Shown here piece by piece: positions 50,138 to 59,129 of a DNA stretch of 64,000 nucleotides. The notes beneath the pieces were generated by a model, which saw only the letters and a list, made by a program, of their open reading frames with translations, ran no database searches and had not been told where the DNA came from. The stretch's first letter is position 1, and each line of letters opens with the position of its first letter. Origin of the DNA: a virus; IMG/VR virus record IMGVR_UViG_3300042888_001738, positions 65,812 through 129,811 of that record, one strand, 5' to 3'. The position numbers and the translations under genes are program-made.

Positions 50138-50551
50138 ATGAAAAAAATATTTTTAATTTTTGTTTTTGGTCTTTTTTCACTAACGGTTAGTGGTCAAAAA
50201 GGTATTAAGGATACATCAGAAATGTCCATCCCTTATAGTGTTGCTCAGAAAATGTTATTAGATCTTAATGATTATGATAGACTTAAGGAGTTATCTAAAC
50301 TTGATAAAAAAGAAATTGTTGAATTAAATAACAAAGTTGAATTGTTAAATAAAGTAAACCAAACTTGGGTTGAAAAAGATTCTTTGAGTAGAGAAATAAT
50401 TTCTGAAACGGAAGAAAAGGTTAAAATTTACAAAGAAGAAAATGAACAACTTAGAGATGATAATAAGAGATTAAAAACTAAGAACACGATATTCAATATA
50501 ATATCAGGAGCAATTGTTGCACCATTAACATACATGATATTATTTAAATAA
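50138..50551 (+). CDS. signal peptide + coiled coil + C-terminal hydrophobic anchor protein (spanin-like candidate)
   Basis: MKKIFLIFVFGLFSLTVSG|Q signal peptide; C-terminal IFNIISGAIVAPLTYMILF. Confidence 0.6.
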   Translation: MKKIFLIFVFGLFSLTVSGQKGIKDTSEMSIPYSVAQKMLLDLNDYDRLKELSKLDKKEIVELNNKVELLNKVNQTWVEKDSLSREIISETEEKVKIYKEENEQLRDDNKRLKTKNTIFNIISGAIVAPLTYMILFK

Positions 50552-50796
50552 TGGCACTTACGACATCAGATAAAAAAGAGATCGAAACTTTAATAAAAAA
50601 AGAAATTAAAGACTTTTTAGGGTCAAATACCGCAAAACAATTTGAAACTAAATTACTTGACAACATCTCAAAAGAGATGCAACGAGGAGGTCTTAAAAAA
50701 GATGTTAAAGAGATAGTCATAAAATCATTCCAAGAGTACTTTACAGTGATGTATCAACAAAGAGGGTTCTGGGAACAAAAATTCAGAAATGTATAA
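50551..50796 (+). CDS. hypothetical protein (81 aa)
   Basis: TAATG-coupled on both sides. Confidence 0.75.
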   Translation: MALTTSDKKEIETLIKKEIKDFLGSNTAKQFETKLLDNISKEMQRGGLKKDVKEIVIKSFQEYFTVMYQQRGFWEQKFRNV

Positions 50797-51587
50797 TGGG
50801 AGATGTAATTACAAAACTTAAAGACTCTATCGCGAGTGGTTTAGCCTCAGATCCAGACGCAAGAAGAGATGTTCTTAAAGCGATTGATAAGGCTAATGTT
50901 AATGAAGAATCAAGACATTATTTAGAGTTTTTAAATGATAAAAACGACATGTCTGAGATTTATAAATTAATTAAAAATAAAAAACTTTCTAACAATCAAA
51001 TTAGAAAAAAAATAAAAGAATTTCTCAAAGAACCTAACGATTTGAGGGATTTCCTAAATGCTATTTTGGATACAAAATCGAGTATTGAAAAGTTAATACC
51101 TAAGTCGGGTAAAAAAGAAGAAAATACTGAAGCAACAGGTGCTGGAGGTGCGGGAGCATACTCAATGCCGTTATTCTCAACCACAAAGGGAGATGTTGTT
51201 AAAGGTGTGAAAACCGTTAGAGAACAAATAGAGAGTGATGGTGAGGTTGGGTTAACGGATGGCGAATCAGTTAAAGCAGAAACAAAAGAAGCGACTAGTT
51301 CTTCATCATCAGGTCAATATAGTCAACCGGCTATATGGGCAAAATCTATGAAAAAGAAAGATTGGAAAGGAGCGTCAACAAAATGGATGCCAGGCTCCAA
51401 AAGAGTTCAAGTTAAGAAAAAATGTACAAGATTCCCATACTGTAATCAAGGCGATATAAATGCTCTCAAGATCTTTGAAAATGAGACAGTCCAAAGTGCG
51501 ATTGACAGTGTCTCGAGTAGGTATGGCGTTAATAAAGAGTATATTTCAGAGATTGTCTTTCAAGAAATTAGAAAAAGACAAAAATAA
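50796..51587 (+). CDS. hypothetical protein with a duplicated EAT....G.YS.P motif
   Basis: EATGAGGAGAYSMP and EATSSSSSGQYSQP. Confidence 0.75.
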   Translation: MGDVITKLKDSIASGLASDPDARRDVLKAIDKANVNEESRHYLEFLNDKNDMSEIYKLIKNKKLSNNQIRKKIKEFLKEPNDLRDFLNAILDTKSSIEKLIPKSGKKEENTEATGAGGAGAYSMPLFSTTKGDVVKGVKTVREQIESDGEVGLTDGESVKAETKEATSSSSSGQYSQPAIWAKSMKKKDWKGASTKWMPGSKRVQVKKKCTRFPYCNQGDINALKIFENETVQSAIDSVSSRYGVNKEYISEIVFQEIRKRQK

Positions 51588-51611
51588 AGATATTTATAAG
51601 AAAAATTAAAA

Positions 51612-53210
51612 ATGAATAGAACAGAATATATCCGCTCAAGATTTGAAAAAATCTTATCAGAAAATATTAACGAGAAAGCTAACGAAATTCTTACCAAACT
51701 TAATTTGGATAAAGAAGTCCCATTTGATGCTCCTGGAGGACCTTCTGACTATGTACAAGAAGGTGAAACTTGTGAACAGTGTGGTGGTGAAATGAAGGAA
51801 GGTGAAACTTGCGAACAGTGTGGTGGAAAAGGTGAAGTTATGGAGTTAGGTGGTATGGATACAGATCACCCAAAATTCGGTAAGTTAAACCTTAAACAGT
51901 TGTCTAGAAAAGAATTGGAAAAACTACTTAGTAGTGATGATGAAGAAGAAGATGACGATGAGTGGGAAGAGGTTGATTTAGATGCGGAGACTGACTGGTC
52001 TAAATTAGAGGAAGAGATTGAGGAAGAACTTCACGGAAAACAACGCAAGTTAGATAAAAATAAAAATGGTAGACTCGATAAAGAAGATTTCAAGATGTTA
52101 AGAAAAAAACACATGGAAGAAAATGACGAAGATACTGAACCTTTATATGAAGTAGAATTTGAATTAGATTTGAATGAATACTCAATGGGTGACGACGATC
52201 TTGAGGTAGTGAAACCATACGGTGATTTCTCAACAGATAGTCCTAATATTAAACCAGGTAGAAACCAAGTTAAAAATGTTGGAGATAAATATCAAAGAAA
52301 GATCTCTAAAAAATTTGACGATTATGAGTTAGAAGAGGGTGAGACTGAAGAAGGAAATGCGTTTACAGGAGCTTTAGCTCAAGCTAAAAAAGAAGGTAAA
52401 AATTCTTTTGAAGTTGATGGTAAAAAATATGGTGTTAAAGAGTCATATCGCAATAACAAATCTAAAGTGACCAAAAATATTATTTTTACAGAGAACGAAC
52501 TTATCTCCCTTATCGAAAAAATGATTAACGAAGAGAAAAACTCTTTCAATATGAAAGAACCTAAAGGGTATGTTGAATATGAGAAAGCACACAAAAAAGA
52601 TAAGAAAGAAAACGAAGATTATTTAAAGAGTGTTGCTAAAAAAATGACTGACTACCTTAAAGGTGCATCTGATGGAGGGTCTAAATATGAAATGAAAGAA
52701 ACTCAAAAATTCCCAACTGAAAATGGTGGAATGAAAAAAGGTAACAGAAAGAAATATACACCATCTGATGCTGTTGATGAATATATCGATGCATTCTCAT
52801 ATCCTGGTCAAACTAATTTAGTGTATGATGAGATTAAACCTAATGATGAGTGGATTGAAGCTAATTTAGTTGGTTCTTCTAAAACAGGTAATGCTCAAGT
52901 TGATAAAGACGGAAATGCGTTAGGTAATGTTGTACCAAGTGAGGTAGGTGAAAAATTCCTTAAAAACTTCAGAGACAACCTTTACGGTCAAGAACAAATG
53001 GATGCGTCATATCAAAGACAACCACAACCTGTTGATCAAGCTGGTGAGACTACTGAAAGAGGTACTCTTAAATCTAAAAGAGGTAAAAAAACGGCTCAAA
53101 GTGTACTTAACAAGTTAGACGAATCTGTTAATGAAAAAGAAACTCTAAAGTTAAATGAGGAATTTAACAGAATACAACAGTTAATGGGGTACCAACAAAA
53201 AACACAATAA
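51612..53210 (+). CDS. acidic multi-motif protein, putative prohead core/internal head protein
   Basis: TATTTAT at 51591-51597; many L/I-x-E sites, EGETCEQCGG x2, EF-hand-like DKNKNGRLDKED, internal IIFTENEL..LIEKMINEE, C-terminal LNEEFNRIQQLMGY. Confidence 0.75.
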   Translation: MNRTEYIRSRFEKILSENINEKANEILTKLNLDKEVPFDAPGGPSDYVQEGETCEQCGGEMKEGETCEQCGGKGEVMELGGMDTDHPKFGKLNLKQLSRKELEKLLSSDDEEEDDDEWEEVDLDAETDWSKLEEEIEEELHGKQRKLDKNKNGRLDKEDFKMLRKKHMEENDEDTEPLYEVEFELDLNEYSMGDDDLEVVKPYGDFSTDSPNIKPGRNQVKNVGDKYQRKISKKFDDYELEEGETEEGNAFTGALAQAKKEGKNSFEVDGKKYGVKESYRNNKSKVTKNIIFTENELISLIEKMINEEKNSFNMKEPKGYVEYEKAHKKDKKENEDYLKSVAKKMTDYLKGASDGGSKYEMKETQKFPTENGGMKKGNRKKYTPSDAVDEYIDAFSYPGQTNLVYDEIKPNDEWIEANLVGSSKTGNAQVDKDGNALGNVVPSEVGEKFLKNFRDNLYGQEQMDASYQRQPQPVDQAGETTERGTLKSKRGKKTAQSVLNKLDESVNEKETLKLNEEFNRIQQLMGYQQKTQ

Positions 53211-53238
53211 TTTACATTATTGAGTAATCCCTTATAAT
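53211..53238 (+). promoter_or_regulatory. sigma70-like promoter TTTACA-N16-TATAAT
   Basis: Intergenic, upstream of the 53258 ORF. Confidence 0.55.
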
Positions 53239-53257
53239 TTTTTCATAGTTGATAACT

Positions 53258-53725
53258 ATGGATAATTTTCTTAACTACATAACTAAAAATCTTGACCCTG
53301 AACAAGTTGATATCTGGTTCAGGGTCAATAATATTATACCGGAGAAGATGGAATTGTATTACGATCTCTCCTATAGTCTGTACCTACTAATTAGAACAAC
53401 TTATTTAGGTTATGACGATGACTTTAGTGAAACTAAAGTTAAAATGACACCTGAGGATAATCAAAACCACTTTGATTGGTGTTGGAATAAGACAATCGAA
53501 AACTTCAAGAAAGAGAACATTAATTTTGAATTAAAGGGGGAACATTATGATTACTTCCTTAATTTATTTGTTGAGATTTATTACACACAAGGTAAAGATG
53601 TTGTCAGAAACTCAATAGATCTATTCTTTAACGATTTGTTTAATCGAGACAAACCATTTACTCAAGTGGATTTAGATTTAGTATTCAATATATATAAAAG
53701 TTTGGATAAAAATCTAATTATATAA
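53258..53725 (+). CDS. hypothetical protein
   Basis: ATG at 53258 preferred over TTG at 53249. Confidence 0.75.
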   Translation: MDNFLNYITKNLDPEQVDIWFRVNNIIPEKMELYYDLSYSLYLLIRTTYLGYDDDFSETKVKMTPEDNQNHFDWCWNKTIENFKKENINFELKGEHYDYFLNLFVEIYYTQGKDVVRNSIDLFFNDLFNRDKPFTQVDLDLVFNIYKSLDKNLII

Positions 53726-53727
53726 CC

Positions 53728-53756
53728 TTTACAAAGTCAATAGGGGTTATTACTAT
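53728..53756 (+). promoter_or_regulatory. sigma70-like promoter TTTACA-N17-TACTAT
   Basis: Intergenic, upstream of the Hc1-like ORF. Confidence 0.55.
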
Positions 53757-53788
53757 AGACTTAATAAACATTAATTTTTTACGTTAAA

Positions 53789-53959
53789 ATGGAAACTTTA
53801 GAAAAAATTAAAGACCTTACCGAACAATTGAGTATCGACGTTACTAAGTTTTATGATGGTAATAAAAGTGCCGGAACTAGAGCAAGAAAAACATCACAAG
53901 ATTTAAAAAATCTTATTCAACAATTGAGAGGAGAGATTCTTGAGGAAAGAAAAAAATAA
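53789..53959 (+). CDS. histone H1-like protein Hc1 family (56 aa)
   Basis: Not in the ORF track; METLEKIKDL...GNKSAGTRARKTSQDLK..IQQLR matches the GNK.AGTRARK signature. Confidence 0.8.
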   Translation: METLEKIKDLTEQLSIDVTKFYDGNKSAGTRARKTSQDLKNLIQQLRGEILEERKK

Positions 53960-53964
53960 TTAAA

Positions 53965-54159
53965 ATGAAGGAATTGGATATTTTACTATTATTTGTGTTC
54001 GTATTATCATGTGTATTTACTGCTAATACGATAATCAAAATAATTGGACTTATTTTAAGTGACGAACCAAAACAAATAACCTACAACCGAATTGAAAAAA
54101 TATCCAATTACTTCTTCTTTTCCTATTTAATAACTTATTTTATAACCAACATAATATAA
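53965..54159 (+). CDS. small two-TM membrane protein
   Basis: Two hydrophobic segments in 64 aa. Confidence 0.7.
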   Translation: MKELDILLLFVFVLSCVFTANTIIKIIGLILSDEPKQITYNRIEKISNYFFFSYLITYFITNII

Positions 54160-54160
54160 T

Positions 54161-54595
54161 ATGTATAACGAACTTAAAGACATATTCCAATACCTAATCT
54201 CGGTTAGAAAATTAAAACAATATCTAACTATTGATATTGAATTCCCAAATCACTGGAAAATCCCGAAAAAATTTGTTCAGGAGGACAAAATTGTTGAAAA
54301 TGATAAGGTGAATGATGGGTATAGATTTTTCTCCTTCGTTAGTGAACTTGATGAAAGACAACTTAATAAAACGGTTGAAAACATTAGAAATATTATTGAT
54401 TACAATAAGGAAATTGAAATGAAGGAAAAATTATTAAAACAGAAGATTGACGAATTAAAAAGAGTTTTTGAAAGTGAAAACCTTGATAAATTACAATCTT
54501 TAAAATTTGACATACTTGAAGAAAAATTAGATGATGGAGAAGAAGTTATCAACACGAGAGGAACAGGCAGTGGACTGGTTGAGGAACGAGATTGA
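54161..54595 (+). CDS. hypothetical protein with a C-terminal coiled coil
   Basis: Clean ORF in the operon. Confidence 0.75.
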   Translation: MYNELKDIFQYLISVRKLKQYLTIDIEFPNHWKIPKKFVQEDKIVENDKVNDGYRFFSFVSELDERQLNKTVENIRNIIDYNKEIEMKEKLLKQKIDELKRVFESENLDKLQSLKFDILEEKLDDGEEVINTRGTGSGLVEERD

Positions 54596-54734
54596 AAAAG
54601 ATAAGACCGAACTAGACAAACAAAAACAAAGAATAATTGAGTCTTTAAAAGACTTTAAAAAAGAAGACATTGCGAAACCTAAAGAAAAACTAACATTATG
54701 GAAGAAGATAAAAAGAGTGTTGACGGGGTCTTAG
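54531..54734 (+). CDS. small basic coiled-coil hypothetical protein
   Basis: Overlaps both neighbours; phage-like composition. Confidence 0.6.
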   Translation: MMEKKLSTREEQAVDWLRNEIEKDKTELDKQKQRIIESLKDFKKEDIAKPKEKLTLWKKIKRVLTGS

Positions 54735-55027
54735 AAAATTTGGCTTTGATTACCGATGCAATGCAAACATTATTTCCTGAAGGTAAGATGATCTGTGTTT
54801 TCGAATTAAATGACGAGGATTTCAAAAAAGTCCAAACGAATTTTAGAAAAATTGACAGAGGACATAAGAAATTCTCTATAGATATGTCTGGTGTTGAACA
54901 TGTGTTCATTCATGAAGACAGTGTTGATTACTCATTTGAGGAACCTAAAAAAGAAGAACCCAAAAAAATTAAAAACCCCCTTAAAAGATTTTTATCTAGG
55001 TTTGTAGGTGGTGGATCGTCTGTATAG
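54698..55027 (+). CDS. hypothetical protein (109 aa)
   Basis: ORF ending convergently with the minus-strand gene. Confidence 0.7.
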   Translation: MEEDKKSVDGVLENLALITDAMQTLFPEGKMICVFELNDEDFKKVQTNFRKIDRGHKKFSIDMSGVEHVFIHEDSVDYSFEEPKKEEPKKIKNPLKRFLSRFVGGGSSV

Positions 55028-55630
55028 TGATTGTTTACTAATACCCATCTCAGACAAAATATCGTATAGATACTTCTTTTGTGGTTTAGAAGTCTCAATA
55101 ACAATAATAGAATCACCCCTACCCTTATCGATCAAATAGTCATTCAGACTTTCCAAAAACCTACGAGACTCATCCTCATCTTTTAGTGAAAACAATTTAA
55201 CATCGTCATCATTCTGAACAACAACCTTGTTGTTTAACCTTGAGATTAACTTTAGAGAACTTTTAGGTAGATACTTTCTAACAAACTCCTCAGTGGTTAT
55301 CTTCTTATTCAAGTTAACATCAAATATTTTCTCCGGTACTTTGTATTTGGAAACCTTTATAATTTTATAATCAGGATCATCAAGGTTAACCAATATGTTT
55401 CTACCAAATTCATCCTTAACAAATAACTTATCGAAGTTATCGTCATTCTTTTTTAATAGACAAAGCTCATAATCACAAGATCTTGCATTTTCTACTTTAG
55501 TCTCAAAAATAACAGACTTATTATCCTCCATCATTTTATTATAATAGGACTCGGCCCTCTCAAAGGTCTTAAATCGGTTGATTATTTTCTTTCTTTCCTT
55601 ATTTTTAAACAATACCACAAGGTAATTCAT
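54992..55630 (-). CDS. hypothetical basic protein
   Basis: Start at ATG 55630 (MNYLVVLFKNK) avoids overlap with dnaJ. Confidence 0.7.
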   Translation of the reverse strand: MNYLVVLFKNKERKKIINRFKTFERAESYYNKMMEDNKSVIFETKVENARSCDYELCLLKKNDDNFDKLFVKDEFGRNILVNLDDPDYKIIKVSKYKVPEKIFDVNLNKKITTEEFVRKYLPKSSLKLISRLNNKVVVQNDDDVKLFSLKDEDESRRFLESLNDYLIDKGRGDSIIVIETSKPQKKYLYDILSEMGISKQSLYRRSTTYKPR

Positions 55631-55659
55631 AAAACAATTATAATAGTTTGTCTCGATAA

Positions 55660-56586
55660 ATGAATAATGAAAATTTTTACAACGTATTAGGGGTCTCAGA
55701 AACCGCAACTCAAGATGAGATTAAAAAGGCTTATCGTAAGTTGGCAAAAGAAAATCACCCTGATGCTGGTGGAAATGAAGACATATTCAAAAAAATCTCA
55801 GTTGCTTATGATACCGTAGGTGATGAACAGAAGAGACAACAATACGATGCTCAGAGAAATAACCCATTTGGCGGGTTCGGTAATATGGATGATGTATTCT
55901 CACAAATGTTTGGTGGAAGACGACCAAATAACCAACAAAGACCGGTACATACCTCAAATATCACGGTTAATATTGGTGTGTTAGATTCTTATAGGGCAAA
56001 GAAACATTCATTATCTTATCGTAGACAAGCGATGTGTGAACCATGTAATGGTGGTGGTGGTGATAAGACCACTTGTAATGGTTGTGGGGGTTCTGGTGTG
56101 ATTGTAAGACAAGTAGGGTCAGGAGCATTTGTACAATTAATGCAAATGGCGTGTGATGTGTGTGGTGGTACAGGATCAAAAATCATTAACCCTTGTTTTT
56201 TATGTAGTGGTATCGGATCAAAACCTGAAATGAAAAGTGTTGATATCTCATTACCACATGGAATTGATAACGGGCAATTCCTAAGACTTCAAGGAATGGG
56301 AGATTTTAGGAATGGTACATATGGTGATTTAGTCGTTAGAATTGACCTTAGACCTCAAGATGGTTTTGACAAAATTGGTAATCATTTGGTCTACAACTCG
56401 TTCTTAACACTTGATGATTTAAAAAACGGAAATATGATCGTACCTCATCCTGATGGTGAGTTAAACGTTAAAATGCCGAAAAAAGTTGATACCTCAATAC
56501 CATTAAGAGTTAAATCTAAAGGGTTTAGAACAGATACCGTTGGGGATCTGATGATTAATCAATACGTTAAGTTTGAGAGGGATTAA
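55660..56586 (+). CDS. dnaJ: DnaJ (class A) co-chaperone
   Basis: J domain with HPD, short G/F region, four CxxCxGxG motifs, C-terminal substrate-binding domain. Confidence 0.93.
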   Translation: MNNENFYNVLGVSETATQDEIKKAYRKLAKENHPDAGGNEDIFKKISVAYDTVGDEQKRQQYDAQRNNPFGGFGNMDDVFSQMFGGRRPNNQQRPVHTSNITVNIGVLDSYRAKKHSLSYRRQAMCEPCNGGGGDKTTCNGCGGSGVIVRQVGSGAFVQLMQMACDVCGGTGSKIINPCFLCSGIGSKPEMKSVDISLPHGIDNGQFLRLQGMGDFRNGTYGDLVVRIDLRPQDGFDKIGNHLVYNSFLTLDDLKNGNMIVPHPDGELNVKMPKKVDTSIPLRVKSKGFRTDTVGDLMINQYVKFERD

Positions 56587-56744
56587 AGGAACGAAATGAG
56601 GTCTTTAATAAATGATATGATTCCGTAAATACCGAATGCAAAAAATATACCACCACCGATTAGAACAAATCTTTGTGTGTTTTGAACTTGTTGACTTTCT
56701 TCACAAGTCCTACATTTAACTTCTGTTGCTTTTTGTTCTTTCAT
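56583..56744 (-). CDS. 53-aa CxxC + single-TM protein (MKEQKATEVKCRTC...DLISFL)
   Basis: Not in the ORF track; fills the dnaJ-dam gap; TATTTAT on the minus strand at 56775-56781. Confidence 0.65.
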   Translation of the reverse strand: MKEQKATEVKCRTCEESQQVQNTQRFVLIGGGIFFAFGIYGIISFIKDLISFL

Positions 56745-56791
56745 ACCTATAATTTAAATAGTTGATAGTTGAAAATAAATATTAAAAAACG

Positions 56792-56799
56792 TATATTTG
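56792..56799 (+). promoter_or_regulatory. Bacteroidota-type promoter (TTG-N20-TATATTTG); probably leaderless
   Basis: TTG at 56769-56771, TATATTTG at 56792-56799, ATG 4 nt later. Confidence 0.7.
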
Positions 56800-56803
56800 T
56801 ACC

Positions 56804-57643
56804 ATGATTTCATATATAGGAGGTAAGAGTAAGATTGGAAAGTGGATTGTCCCTTTCTACGATAAAAATATGGAGGTTTATTTAGAGACCTTTGGGGGAA
56901 TGTATTGGTGTTTCTATAATATGGACCTCAAGCAATACCCCAACTTAAAGAAAGTTGTTTATAACGACTTTAATCCCCTCAATTACAATTTGTTTCAGTG
57001 TGTGCAAAACCCAACTGAATTATTGAGATCAATCAATGCGATTGATTGTCAAAAACAAGGTGTGGATCTAACACCTGAATTGTATCGTGAACAATTTTTC
57101 AGCTTTCAGGCTGATATTTTTAACAAAGATTTCAGGGTACAGGCTTATGATTATGAAACTGCTGCTAAGTATGTCTATATTTTAACACAAGTCTTTAGTG
57201 GGTCAAAACCCGAAACATCAAAATTTATTGACTTAAAAGGAAAATATAAGTCGAAATATCTTACCTTTAGAGACAAGTTAATGAAACCTGATTGGGTAGA
57301 TCACTTCTTAAAGATTACGGATGTTGAGAATATGGATTTCGCTGATGTGATCAATAAGTATGACTCACCATCTACTTACATTTACTTGGACCCACCTTAT
57401 TGGAAAACCGAGAATTACTACTCCAATCATGATTTCGATAGACAAGATCATGAGAGGTTGGCAAATGTTCTACATGGGGTTCAGGGTAAGTTTTCTTTGT
57501 CGTATTATGACTTTGATTTACTACACGAATGGTTCCCTGAAGATCGATATACTTGGGTTAGAAAAGAGTTTGCTAAGGCGGCAGCGGCTAAGAAAGGGGA
57601 GAAACAAAACATGGGTGAGGAATTACTCATCATGAATTATTAA
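56804..57643 (+). CDS. dam: DNA adenine methyltransferase, D12/Dam family
   Basis: SYIGGKS, ETFGG, YNDFN, YLDPPY, LSYY and ELLIMNY motifs; target site unknown. Confidence 0.85.
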   Translation: MISYIGGKSKIGKWIVPFYDKNMEVYLETFGGMYWCFYNMDLKQYPNLKKVVYNDFNPLNYNLFQCVQNPTELLRSINAIDCQKQGVDLTPELYREQFFSFQADIFNKDFRVQAYDYETAAKYVYILTQVFSGSKPETSKFIDLKGKYKSKYLTFRDKLMKPDWVDHFLKITDVENMDFADVINKYDSPSTYIYLDPPYWKTENYYSNHDFDRQDHERLANVLHGVQGKFSLSYYDFDLLHEWFPEDRYTWVRKEFAKAAAAKKGEKQNMGEELLIMNY

Positions 57644-57686
57644 TTTTTTTAGGAAATCAAATATTTATTAATAAAATATACAAAAA

Positions 57687-59063
57687 ATGTCATTACTTTT
57701 TAAAAACCTACTGAAAGATCTTATTGTGGAAAATTCTCGTTTCCAAGTTCTTTATAACAAATTCGTGAAACCAAAAGATAAGGGTCAAAAAGGTATATTA
57801 CCTTTTGAAACACTATTCGCATTAATTGCTGCTGACCCTACGTCTAGTTTCCCTGATGGTATGGATATAGACAACGTAACACCAAAAGATATGGATCGAG
57901 TTAAGATCGGTAAATACACTCAGTGGTTATTGAAAAACTTTATCACCCCAAAATTGGAATCAAATCACCCATTAAATATTTTGGACCCTCAATCTGGCCA
58001 ATATAAATCTGCTTTAAAAGAGTTCCAACACTTATTTATGGAAGACTTATATAAGGTGACTGGTGACCTTAAAAAATTTGAAAGATTCAAAAATCGTTTA
58101 CCGCAAGAACTTCGTGACATTAATAAGTTGACAGTAGATACGTTGTATGATCAAGTTAAAGACTTCAGTTTAGAAAAAACTAAGGCAACTAAAGATGAGA
58201 AAAAAGCGGCTTCTAAAACTTATGAACACCCAGGTGCTGATGTTGTTTATCGTGGTCAAGATTGGACGGTTGCTAAAATTTCTGATACAGGTCAAATCGG
58301 TAAAGACGCGGCTTGTTTCTATGGTGGTTCATACCAAGAGCCAGGTAAAGGTGAAACAAGATGGTGTACGTCATCACCAGGATTAACTTGGTTTGATAGG
58401 TACATTAAAGATGGACCATTATATGTGGTAATTCCAAATAAAGGAACCACATTCCAAGGACAAAAAGAATTAGGTGATGTATCTGGTCTTCCAGCACTTC
58501 GTTATCAATTCCACTTCCCATCTAATCAGTTTATGGATCCTGCCGACAGACAGATCAATTTGATTGATTTCTTGAATACAAATGAGGAAGGTTTGAAACA
58601 ATTCTTTAAGCCTGAGTTTATGAAATCATTATCAGGTGATAAAGGAAGTAAAGTACAAGTGGAATATCCTAATGACTCGGCATCGAAGTTCATAGCCCTT
58701 TATGGATTTGATGAGTTCTTTGAATCATTACCTGATAACCTTGAAAGATTCACATTCAAGAATTCAAGTAGAGATAGTAAGTTTGCACTTAACATTCCTG
58801 AGGACATCGGTAGATTTAAAAATCTTACAGCACTTAATTTAGTAGGGTGTGTTGCTTCGATTCCTGAATCTATCTGTAACTTACCTAACCTACAATATTT
58901 GTCTTTACCTGACAACCCACAACTTCAAAAATTACCGGAATGTATTGGTAACATGGAAAACTTGATGGTATTGAATATACCTGGAGGCGGAGGTAAAGGA
59001 GTAATTCCAAAATCTGTTTATGACAGAGCAGAAAGAGATGAAGACTTCCACATCTTTGAATAA
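57687..59063 (+). CDS. leucine-rich-repeat protein with an N-terminal LIVE leader and a central TRWCT domain
   Basis: C-terminal IPEDIGRFKNLTALNL / IPESICNLPNLQYLSL / LPECIGNMENLMVLNI; TATTTAT at 57662-57668. Confidence 0.8.
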   Translation: MSLLFKNLLKDLIVENSRFQVLYNKFVKPKDKGQKGILPFETLFALIAADPTSSFPDGMDIDNVTPKDMDRVKIGKYTQWLLKNFITPKLESNHPLNILDPQSGQYKSALKEFQHLFMEDLYKVTGDLKKFERFKNRLPQELRDINKLTVDTLYDQVKDFSLEKTKATKDEKKAASKTYEHPGADVVYRGQDWTVAKISDTGQIGKDAACFYGGSYQEPGKGETRWCTSSPGLTWFDRYIKDGPLYVVIPNKGTTFQGQKELGDVSGLPALRYQFHFPSNQFMDPADRQINLIDFLNTNEEGLKQFFKPEFMKSLSGDKGSKVQVEYPNDSASKFIALYGFDEFFESLPDNLERFTFKNSSRDSKFALNIPEDIGRFKNLTALNLVGCVASIPESICNLPNLQYLSLPDNPQLQKLPECIGNMENLMVLNIPGGGGKGVIPKSVYDRAERDEDFHIFE

Positions 59064-59081
59064 GATTGAACTCAAATATAT

Positions 59082-59106
59082 AACCCACCTTCATGGTGGG
59101 TTTTTT
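59082..59106 (+). terminator. intrinsic terminator
   Basis: AACCCACC/GGTGGGTT hairpin followed by a T-run. Confidence 0.85.
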
Positions 59107-59129
59107 ATTTTATAGGGTATTTATCATAT

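Noticed and set aside
55631-55708. Extended N-terminus of the minus-strand ORF 54992..55708
   Set aside because: It would overlap the dnaJ start head-to-head; ATG at 55630 gives a clean divergent arrangement.
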